Origin: a virus | Lineage: Duplodnaviria; Heunggongvirae; Uroviricota; Caudoviricetes | DNA: 64,000 bases | IMG/VR virus record: IMGVR_UViG_3300042391_000580 | Direction: 5' to 3' (one strand) | Shown here: in pieces, positions 40,201 to 47,357 of the stretch | Layout: every line of letters starts with the position of its first letter | How positions within the stretch are numbered: the first letter of the stretch is position 1 | The notes under the pieces: model-generated | Database searches by the model: none | What the model saw: only the letters and a program-made list of their open reading frames with translations | What the model was told of the DNA's origin: nothing | Translations under genes and position numbers: made by a program

Positions 40201-41707
40201 TAGAGCCATAGTAGTTATTTTGTCCTGATACTTGTCCATCAACATATATTCTATAATCTCCATTGTTCTCTTTTACTGCTTCTACTCCTGTAGAATCACC
40301 TAACTTTTTACCAAAAGAGTTTACAGATTTAGCTATAGTTACATTTCCATACTCATCAATATTTGTAGTATAGCCTTTACCATCATTATAAATAACTCTC
40401 TGATAAGCATCCTTATCTATTTTTTTCTCTTCTTTAATCTTTAAAAGCTCCTCTGTTAAAGCTTTATATTTAGCTAATGCTATATCATTTTTAATTTGTA
40501 ATTTTCTATCAGTAAAACCTATCTTACGACCAGCTTGTGCCCAATCAGATTGTATCTCATTTACTACCAAAACTTTATCACCATTTGGTAAACCTTTCTC
40601 GTTTAACCTTATGTGAGCCAAAATATTACCTTCATCCCAATGAGATGATTTATACTCTTCCTTAATATAAGGTGTTAAGTTATTTCCGATAGCTACTTTA
40701 TCTCCAAAAATCTGGTTTATTTTTTCTATTTCTGTTCTTATTCTTGCATGTTCTTCTCTTTGTTCCTGGGTTGGTGCCTGCCCAAAGGGTATACTTAGTA
40801 TAAGTTTTTTTTCAGATATTTTTATTGATTTATATTGCTCAATTGCAGAATTTAATTTAGTGTCTGGCATCGTCAATAATATCTCTCTATAGTTTTCTCC
40901 CCCCTTTAGTTGATAACCTTGGTATTTTACATCTCCATCTTCTCTGTCTAATACTTCTTCAATTGCTGCTTTTTTTGCATTTTCTTGTGCACTATAATAA
41001 TCAAAGTTTTCATCAAAAGTATCTTCATCTGTTAAACCTATTTGGTCTAGTGTTATATAAGGCATAATTAAATTACCTTGGCCGGAGTACTTTATGTTAA
41101 ACCCATTACCGTCAAACTCTGCGTCTAAGTCATTAATGTCTATTTCAGGCTTACCCTTACTAACATCAACAATGCTAATTTGATTTGATTTAATATAATC
41201 TTCTACAACAGAAGCTGGTATGTTACCTGCTCTAGTATTGTTTTCTGCTACATAGCTGTTTAAATAATCTGCAAGTCCTATCCACTCAAGTTCTTGATTT
41301 ACATTTTTTACTCCACCATTCTTTTGTGTGTCTGTAAGCTGTTTTAACCAACCTTGTGTGTTTTTGGGATTTAAGTCAGTCAAATTGTTGATAGCAGACA
41401 AAGCATTTGAAAAGTAAGTACTATCTGGAGCTATTCTACTAAACTTTACAGCGTCTAGATTTGTTGCTAAATCTTTTTCAGATTTAACTAAATTGTTTAC
41501 TCTATTTTTTATAGATGTAACTTTTGCTTTCACCATATCCTTGAAGTCTTCAACTTCAGTCAAGGCATAAAGATTTAAGGCGGTCTTTTTATTACCGCCT
41601 GTTATATTCACTAATGTATCAAATAATTTACTTCTACTGCCATTTGCAGCTTCCACAAAATCAATATCCCCATTCTCGTCTTTATAAATTCTACATTTTA
41701 AGCTCAT
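34298..41707 (-). CDS. giant multidomain (polyvalent-like) protein (2469 aa): zincin HEFGH, protein-kinase-like segment, GNAT acetyltransferase motif
   Basis: HEFGHLH at 38372-38386; FDLGEGKVLKV...YGDLGDIANWG...HLDAGTFGG at ~37447-37930; RGQGRAREAFNTAL at 36377-36406. Confidence 0.6.
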   Translation of the reverse strand: MSLKCRIYKDENGDIDFVEAANGSRSKLFDTLVNITGGNKKTALNLYALTEVEDFKDMVKAKVTSIKNRVNNLVKSEKDLATNLDAVKFSRIAPDSTYFSNALSAINNLTDLNPKNTQGWLKQLTDTQKNGGVKNVNQELEWIGLADYLNSYVAENNTRAGNIPASVVEDYIKSNQISIVDVSKGKPEIDINDLDAEFDGNGFNIKYSGQGNLIMPYITLDQIGLTDEDTFDENFDYYSAQENAKKAAIEEVLDREDGDVKYQGYQLKGGENYREILLTMPDTKLNSAIEQYKSIKISEKKLILSIPFGQAPTQEQREEHARIRTEIEKINQIFGDKVAIGNNLTPYIKEEYKSSHWDEGNILAHIRLNEKGLPNGDKVLVVNEIQSDWAQAGRKIGFTDRKLQIKNDIALAKYKALTEELLKIKEEKKIDKDAYQRVIYNDGKGYTTNIDEYGNVTIAKSVNSFGKKLGDSTGVEAVKENNGDYRIYVDGQVSGQNNYYGSKEVADTTIERRANELDFRKSLENTIGVEDLPSVEQEGFRVIQDYYSKVTPLERQIAAAKRDIIDIDQSGLQEMPYKNTDQWVGLATRRVLQMAAQEGYSGVAFATGQQSSSMYSLSNQVDAIEISYAGSSLFKYNAEVKKDGKILSAKGVRDDAELESFFGKEFAKKVVNDLDEIRDLKSTGQGKEYSGLDLEVGGEGMKSFYDNIVTKVAQKEAQRFDKDAKLETVNFAEKSNVEITEEEDGFVLRVNGEFVEYVDEETLSNSDLDNTAGGARKYFEKYVPQEINADKLTLAEQPYIEITNKMRSELKSSIPMFSKSLSETSKNEITQEIISKLELSGLANNVFQMTNSQIEAKLVNLGLDSKIAKQVTMSQEDVDSLFFNTEEDFWEVNLVDGSYLEVYLSENSTEQEVKEEAAALIREYKIESLPAVYRGINGEFDSNYKGTQYFAVQKKYAGVFGRNIEEFKIKSPDILDLDNWNKRWGVEKVGFGQGLLTVHQDNLSDLKEWKTRIRYSLLAEGIELPKEELDAFIKEVENAKIIKGEDIGNKGQIVFAIKDKTLVEPINKDIKFSKQLLEKGIKLSTAGFTYRGDVYLNNDVMGLDTPIHEFGHLHLDWLKENREDIYKSGLSLVEKNKEEAQQYIDIVKNTQPDLEEGSEEFNNEVLAQVIGDQGAKLLLSNKKGSLSEWLKSVWGAIKAAVGLSNYTAEQVSAMTLAEFGSASATELLSGSRMQKNLGIDSTYLRYKYDVNQVARDRFDIPNLVKLSQGSDRVVFDLGEGKVLKVANNARGLAQNMQEGNEELISKGVLPQVYETGLNYVIAEKLTQLEPNDQIPIYNIVNGEQYGTEDAEVMLMELYRYSQADFDTKNPDLVEVLKNYGLEEYLNYDIIYGDLGDIANWGIKDGKPVHLDAGTFGGMNIIRAYARVKNMYFGDFREVYEKSQEAKKRFNDSDSYVNFSIVDGNKLFNAPLEDASKIADEYMLEKGISIDAIEPIKELNKENSKSIAAEFDKMQPTPNDTKTKAAYKAMVKETVDQYKKILSYGYKPEINNSEPYENSADMIADLRGNKRMKIFSTESGFGDEAITAQQRKDNPLLQKTKFKDVNGEPLLANDIFRFVHDFFGHAKFGNGFGALGEENAWNIHSRMYSPLARLAMTTETRGQNSWVNFSGVNDKAFELRDKARVLRRNGDTEGAKILTNQVYDMMSFAEQKVGLLPSWVSELNIKSAGERMVADVNGSKVYFRNEVNPITEKPTGKIEMELVETPEEFRGQGRAREAFNTALKYTDSIGKSTVLTISSRDKNTTNAGLEKFYTSLGYKKTSDFEMQRPARKLAPNGYDENGEPSIKDLMQFKNNSTESLSLEDQVVARNAAMALGVNSSSELLEKLESAITKSGIISFNLVSLQRGGVFNKYEATKIMSSLDLQRSIKEAYLKLKNTEPFEIEYNKNFITLTGTSLNIFGKQEIANPFIVEAELARDIAGISEEEISDNLLPDLSNKYAKDSNFKSSVDNIAKNHKLVNIKVTKDGVLVDKAEDIENIVANTLIDEENSKLSEEIRYINEEFSEEVWDENPNAVVKLLASIKKKAMTNGIDLRDIPTKVLSHSREDILAFLDAMENLLETGPTEENIINYSTIYKELFDTSTEESAVIETDNEFDTVVESDMSEYQMFDNFGLVKKQGDIYRQTEEQSLEELYDTMLEYPEMLPDEVANIEDLRSFVEKEVTNLEVADYEVDPDKLAKIYLYKKFFGFPLVVTPIKVSTDSLGSVISSPEYLVTEFVKDFNRFILETNNKYFKVTGKGIELVEKDPLSKEEAIMSIPLEFEKDLADYDAISKNLNLGMTSEELVFEDYDSQTSQREFFANNPESAKKISGDYRYIEDGVLAVKNETDTFVRTTQGVFEMIYEAGNVKFYNKLPSVDPNFKLTGIEKPLSDVNFNKYQYLENSPEVFKTSKNYYSKEELKQIDDEYFNCQ

Positions 41708-41727
41708 TTTTCTTAGTTTATTTTATG

Positions 41728-41758
41728 CAAAATTAGTACTTTTTTTTGTAAAAACCAA
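41728..41758 (-). promoter_or_regulatory. minus-strand promoter TTG-N20-TAATTTTGCA for the 2469-aa gene
   Basis: plus-strand CAAAATTA 41728-41735 and CAA 41756-41758. Confidence 0.55.
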
Positions 41759-41776
41759 ATTTGTTAACTATTTTTA

Positions 41777-44700
41777 TTAACAAGGTTCATTTTTAGCATC
41801 ATCAACATCAGATTGTTGATCTGTATTTAGTCTAAAATACTCATCTATTAAGGATTGTACTAAAGGGTGATCTGATAAATCAGACTCTTGTGTTGTAAGA
41901 GCTTCATCAAGTAACATCATCTTATTAAAGATCTCTGTTGCTTTTTCTAAGCTTAGGTTTCCAGTAGCTATAGCATCTGAGTACCAATCCCTTTTTATTT
42001 CTACCATTTTGTCTAAGTTTATGATTGGCTTAGGTGAAGATAGTGGATTGTTTTCTATGTCTATCGCTAAAGAAGCTTCTGATACTAAATTCTCTTTTGT
42101 GTGTTCTGTTGACATCCATGTAGATACATCTACTGTTTGTTTTACTTTATTTAGGTCACTTATTGCTCTTAGTAACGGTTCAGAAAAATTCCCATTCATG
42201 TCAACTAAAGTCTGTGCGTCTTCTCCAACATGGTATAAATTATAAGAGGCTGGAGATAGTCCATTTACTGCTAAAGTTTGATTGAACTCTAAAACTGCAG
42301 ATCCTAAATTTTCAGTCTCCATTAACTTTTGTACTGCTGTGTCCCCTGCATTTGATGCCAACTCTTTTAATTGTATTGGGAAAGCTACTAAGTATTTACC
42401 TTGATTAAATATAATTACTGGTAACCCAGTTTTGTTAAGGTGATTACTTATGTAATCTTTTCTTACATTTTTAGTGTTACCTTTAAGTACTAATTTTCCA
42501 TCTTGTATATAACCGTAGTCAACAACAGCTTTTGGAGAAATATCAAAATACTTTATAGTACCACCTTCCATATTAAAGTTTGGTACACCTAAAAAGACAT
42601 GTTTAATAAAACTTTCTTTTGGTAATTGTATGTCTATATCTGCTTCAGTTCCTAATCCTTTCTCTTTTACTATTTTTAAAGCCTCTTCTCTAATAAGTAA
42701 GAACTCTGAGCTTTGGCTAGTATTGTAGTTAGCTTTTAGATCACCAAATTTTCTACCTCTAACATCTGATACGTTAATCTTAAGTTGGTCTGATAATAAT
42801 TTTTCTATCTTTAGAACTTCCGGAGACATTTTACCATCTTGGTCTATCATTACATCTCTGTCTTCAAGATCTTGTATAGCCTCTTGGTATTCTAGAATTA
42901 TCTTTTGATTATACTCATCGGTCAAATCTAGACTAAAGGTTACAGTGTCTCCAGGTACCATGTTGTAAAGCTCCATAGGTGAATAATCACTAGAGTCTTT
43001 AAAGTCTGTCTCCATTATCTCCCCCGTTTCATTGCTATAAACTGGCGAATACCCTGAATCTTTAGTAAAAGAGTTTTCCATGTAACCCATGTTAGCCTCT
43101 CTTAATACTTGCTCAACCTCTGATCCTTTTTTTATAGTTAGGCTTCCACCTTTATCTATAATTATAGTAGCTGTATTACCGTCTCTGAATGTTAAGACAA
43201 ATGTAGCACCGTACTTAACATTTTCAGCAACTTCTTGTATTGATATGTCTTTTGCTGTGTTTGGTACAGTTACTGTTTTATTATTAACAACTTCTGTTTG
43301 TACAAAAGCTACTGTATCTGCTAAATCCACTCTTGACAATAAGCCAGGAAGTGTCAAATGAGATATTGTAGTTCCAAATTTATTTCTGTTTATAAATACA
43401 TTTTGGTAAACTTGTAATACTTCTTCATTTCTAATAGCTTCCCCTGAATCGGTTTCTTTTGGCTCTTTCTTGGATATATTTACAATCTCTGTTTCAGTAA
43501 GTTCACTATTTATCTTAGGGTCTACAAACTGATTTACTATAATATCTTGTAATAACATATCACTTATAGATATACCAGTATCATTAGCTACATTTTCTAG
43601 TAACCTCCAATTAGCTAATCTTTCGTTAAGCTCTTGTAATCTTTTTATCTCTGCTTTTTTCAAAGAAGGTCTTGTAGTTGGTGTTAGCCTATTCCAAGTA
43701 TAAGGGCTTTTAAAAGATATTGTTTTATTGTCAATCTTAGGGTCTGCTAAAGCTCTTATTGCTAAGTCTTCGTACTCATCTAACTCTTCCTCTGTCATCA
43801 TAACAGGTACATCTGTACCATAATAGTCTAAAAGGTATGGACTGTTTTTGATCATGTCTACAACAGTTTCTTTTATAGTCTTCTTTCGAACTTCTTTTTT
43901 GGTTGTCTGACCATTTTTAGGTGCATATTTCTTTTCAATAGCGTCTAACTTAGCTTTTCTTTCTTTTTCAAGGCTTTCTGTACTATTAGAACTATTTCCA
44001 CCAACAAGATTCATCCTACCGTTTGAGAAAGTAGCTAAATTAAATGATGGTGGTATTCTTATACCTGCATCATTTGGGCTAACTGCCATTATATGTTCCA
44101 TCACAATATCTCCAAAATACTTATTTATATTAAGATTTTGAGTATTTATACTATTTGGGAAACCCATTATTACTAACTTGGTAGCTCCTCTATGATTTAT
44201 TTTACCGTCTATTAAAGCCTCTATTGAATTATATAAACCCTCTTTTGTAGTATTTACATTTGTGGTCCCTTCTGCCGAAGGTCCTGTATTAAGACCTGTT
44301 TTAAGTATCCCTTCTAGTGTTACTTCAGATGTTGTAAGATGTGATAAAAAGAAGAAGTCGTCTGGTAAACTTTCGATTCTATCTTTTAATTCTTTCTTGA
44401 GATTATCTTTTTCTTCTTTTGATAACTTGTTAAAGTCTTCTATATTTTGTATAGATGTACTTGGGGTATCAGAGTTTGATATTTTAGAATCATACTCATC
44501 ATTTACTTTTTGTATTTCTGCTTGTTTTTTAGCTTCTTTTTCTTCTATTGTAGGCTTATTTATTTTAGCACCTTTTTCGTTATCAATAACTTCTTTTACT
44601 GGTTCTAAATTCTCTAACCCTTGTACTATTGTATCTTCTGCTCTTTCTATAGAGCTTTCTGATAGCCCTCTTAAAAATTCTACAGTTATGTCGGTAGAGT

Positions 44701-47356
44701 TCTTGCCTCTTCCTAGTTCTGATACAATGTTTCTTCTTCCTCTAGCTCCTAATGTTGTATCAGAAAGTTGTCTAGATAAGTCTGCGTATCTTTTAAAGGC
44801 AGTTATTGACTTACCGTACTCGCTTATTAATTTTTGTAATTGGGCCCCTTTTTGTGGGTCTACTTCACTAAATGATGCGGCTAGTTCTCTTACTTGTTTT
44901 AAAGTTCTTTCTCTATTTCTTATACTTTGTGCACTAATCAAAACATCATCAACATTCTTACCAAATGGGTTTTTCATGTTGGCTGTTTTTATCAGCATTG
45001 TATATTCTTTTGTTAAGGACTCTATGTTTTTATCTATCTCAGATATTCTAGATCTTATACCATCAGCTTTTGATAAAAATTCTTTTTTGGCATCTGTATC
45101 CACTGTTCCAAAAAGTGTCTTCTCTACTTCTTTATATTCTCTTTCTAGAGTTTCTTTTTCTCTATCTAGAACTTTTAATTCTTTCTCTTTCTTTGTAGCT
45201 TCTTTTTTAGTATCCTTACTGGCTTTTAAAAGAATATCTTCTATGTTAAGAGTGTCAGACATCTCTTGACCTAAAATAGTCTCTCCAGTCTTCTGTTTTA
45301 TAGCTGTTAATAAGTCGTTAGAAAAGTCATGTACTTTTTCTCCAAGAGTTAATTCATAAGCAACAGCATCTTTTACTTGGCTCATATTAAGACCTAAGTC
45401 TTTGAACTCTTCTTTTTCATTTTTTGTAAAATCTTTACCTAATATATACTCGGTATAATTTCTATTTTTCTCGTAAGATTTAGCTGTAGATTTATACTCC
45501 TTTACTAACTTTTCTTTTATATCTTCTGCCCCTTTTTCATCAACTCCGTACTCTTTCATAAGAACATCATTACCAATATTTCTAATACCAGTTTCTGTTC
45601 TTTCCATACTTTCATCTAGATAATCTAGGTTAAGTGCATGCGAGGCTTGAGCGATAATTGCTGATTGTCTAGCTAATTCCCCTCCTGTAAAATCTCCTTT
45701 TTTTGCAGCTTTGTCTGCACTTTGGTTAGCAGCTTGTACTCTACCAGAGTAGGCTAATGTTTCAGCCATGTTGTTAGGTGAATAGTACTTATCATAAAAG
45801 TCTACTACTTGGTTTGCTTTTATTTCTTCCCCTTTTAATTCACCTTTTAAACTACCATAAGTTTTCATATTAATACCAGTACCTGTAAGTAAACCTACAA
45901 TCATACCGATACCAACTTCTTTCATCCCCTCTTTGGTACCATAAGTGTCAGATAACCCTTGTGTAAAAGCATCTCCAACATCCATAGTTGTACCTAAATA
46001 CTTAGGGTCATATGTAGAGTTTATCCAATTTTTAGCAGTATTTGTTCCAACAGATTGCATACCTTCTTCCCATACTCCTTCTATAAGTGGACTTTTACCA
46101 ATACCCCAAGAGTATTTGGCTACATTTTGTAATTTGCTAGCTGTTTTTGCTACCATTTTACCTGCTGACTCTTCTACCCCTATTCCAAAAAGCTTAGAAT
46201 TAGCCCATTTAGATGAGGCTGAAAGTGGGCTTTTCATATCAAAAAGTCTACCTATAGTCATAAAATTACTTGAGCCTACAATTGCTAAGTTGAATCCGTA
46301 CAAAGAGTTAGCAGAAGATGTTAAATTATTGTTGAAATCTTGTAACTCTTCTTCACTAGGCTTTCTTCCGTTTTTTGTTTCAAAACTTTCTTCAAAGTTA
46401 TCCTTCATTTCTCGTATATAATTACGAGCTTCCATACCTGCTTCAAATCCTGCAGATGTATATGTAAACCTAGCTACGTTAGCAAACTCTCCTGCTTTAC
46501 CAAAAGCCGTTGCCATTTTTGTAGGTAATTTTGCATTTAGGTAAGTTTTTAATATTGGCTGTGATGCTAAAGCTTTAGCTTTAGACATTTCCCCATATGC
46601 TTTTAATCCTTTAGCTATTTTTGCCTCTGCTCCTAAAATTCTAGTAACTTTTGGAGCTAATCTAGCAGCAGCTGTCCCTAAAGACATACCTCCTGTGGCC
46701 CAAGCCCATATAGCCTCTGAACCTATCGCTGATACTGTAAAAGCAGCACCACCTAATACGTCCTTGGCCCAAAAATTTGCTGTACCCATTGACTCAAAAA
46801 ACCCCATATCTCTCTCTTCTTGAGAAACATAGTTTGGTAATTTGTAGTCTAATTTTTCATTTAAGTCATCTAAGTAGTTTGAAAAATCATTATCATAAGT
46901 TGCTCTAAAGCTTCCTTCTTTTATACCTTCATAAATACCGTCTACTACTCCTATTGTACCTCCTACTATTCCTGTACCTACTTGTCCAGCAAATTTAGTT
47001 ATACCATTTAACCATTTCTCACTTGTACTTTGATTAGCTGCTGCATATTCTGCATTATCTCTTCCTGCTTTATATGTTGGAAATCTTGCTATGTAGCTTC
47101 CATCTCCTAATTTACCATAAGCTTCCTCTACGTTATAGTTCTTTTCTTCCAGAGAACCTCTATAATCAGAACGCATACCAGTGTTACCCCAAAGACCGTT
47201 GTCTGGGGTAAACCATTCTGGATTTTGCGTAAACTTTTTGCCAGTAGTATAAGAGGTTCTTATACTGTCCATTACTTGATTAATTTGAGGATCTTGGCTT
47301 TTTCCTAAAGAGGATTCAACTGCTTGTCTCCCTAATTCTGCTGGGTTAAAATCCAT
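41777..47356 (-). CDS. giant virion protein (1859 aa) with N-terminal Gly-zipper hydrophobic segments and central coiled-coil
   Basis: FAGQVGTGIVGGTIGVV and GGAAFTVSAIGSEAIWAWATGG glycine-rich helices; K/E-rich coiled-coil ~residues 700-900. Confidence 0.6.
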   Translation of the reverse strand: MDFNPAELGRQAVESSLGKSQDPQINQVMDSIRTSYTTGKKFTQNPEWFTPDNGLWGNTGMRSDYRGSLEEKNYNVEEAYGKLGDGSYIARFPTYKAGRDNAEYAAANQSTSEKWLNGITKFAGQVGTGIVGGTIGVVDGIYEGIKEGSFRATYDNDFSNYLDDLNEKLDYKLPNYVSQEERDMGFFESMGTANFWAKDVLGGAAFTVSAIGSEAIWAWATGGMSLGTAAARLAPKVTRILGAEAKIAKGLKAYGEMSKAKALASQPILKTYLNAKLPTKMATAFGKAGEFANVARFTYTSAGFEAGMEARNYIREMKDNFEESFETKNGRKPSEEELQDFNNNLTSSANSLYGFNLAIVGSSNFMTIGRLFDMKSPLSASSKWANSKLFGIGVEESAGKMVAKTASKLQNVAKYSWGIGKSPLIEGVWEEGMQSVGTNTAKNWINSTYDPKYLGTTMDVGDAFTQGLSDTYGTKEGMKEVGIGMIVGLLTGTGINMKTYGSLKGELKGEEIKANQVVDFYDKYYSPNNMAETLAYSGRVQAANQSADKAAKKGDFTGGELARQSAIIAQASHALNLDYLDESMERTETGIRNIGNDVLMKEYGVDEKGAEDIKEKLVKEYKSTAKSYEKNRNYTEYILGKDFTKNEKEEFKDLGLNMSQVKDAVAYELTLGEKVHDFSNDLLTAIKQKTGETILGQEMSDTLNIEDILLKASKDTKKEATKKEKELKVLDREKETLEREYKEVEKTLFGTVDTDAKKEFLSKADGIRSRISEIDKNIESLTKEYTMLIKTANMKNPFGKNVDDVLISAQSIRNRERTLKQVRELAASFSEVDPQKGAQLQKLISEYGKSITAFKRYADLSRQLSDTTLGARGRRNIVSELGRGKNSTDITVEFLRGLSESSIERAEDTIVQGLENLEPVKEVIDNEKGAKINKPTIEEKEAKKQAEIQKVNDEYDSKISNSDTPSTSIQNIEDFNKLSKEEKDNLKKELKDRIESLPDDFFFLSHLTTSEVTLEGILKTGLNTGPSAEGTTNVNTTKEGLYNSIEALIDGKINHRGATKLVIMGFPNSINTQNLNINKYFGDIVMEHIMAVSPNDAGIRIPPSFNLATFSNGRMNLVGGNSSNSTESLEKERKAKLDAIEKKYAPKNGQTTKKEVRKKTIKETVVDMIKNSPYLLDYYGTDVPVMMTEEELDEYEDLAIRALADPKIDNKTISFKSPYTWNRLTPTTRPSLKKAEIKRLQELNERLANWRLLENVANDTGISISDMLLQDIIVNQFVDPKINSELTETEIVNISKKEPKETDSGEAIRNEEVLQVYQNVFINRNKFGTTISHLTLPGLLSRVDLADTVAFVQTEVVNNKTVTVPNTAKDISIQEVAENVKYGATFVLTFRDGNTATIIIDKGGSLTIKKGSEVEQVLREANMGYMENSFTKDSGYSPVYSNETGEIMETDFKDSSDYSPMELYNMVPGDTVTFSLDLTDEYNQKIILEYQEAIQDLEDRDVMIDQDGKMSPEVLKIEKLLSDQLKINVSDVRGRKFGDLKANYNTSQSSEFLLIREEALKIVKEKGLGTEADIDIQLPKESFIKHVFLGVPNFNMEGGTIKYFDISPKAVVDYGYIQDGKLVLKGNTKNVRKDYISNHLNKTGLPVIIFNQGKYLVAFPIQLKELASNAGDTAVQKLMETENLGSAVLEFNQTLAVNGLSPASYNLYHVGEDAQTLVDMNGNFSEPLLRAISDLNKVKQTVDVSTWMSTEHTKENLVSEASLAIDIENNPLSSPKPIINLDKMVEIKRDWYSDAIATGNLSLEKATEIFNKMMLLDEALTTQESDLSDHPLVQSLIDEYFRLNTDQQSDVDDAKNEPC

Positions 47357-47357
47357 A

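Noticed and set aside
28480-47356. Virion RNA polymerase (crAss-like gp66 or N4-like) among the giant proteins
   Set aside because: Scanned all three translations for DxDGD/NADFDGD-type metal-binding motifs and found none. The nearest, EFDGN near the N-terminus of the 2469-aa protein, lacks the Asp triad.
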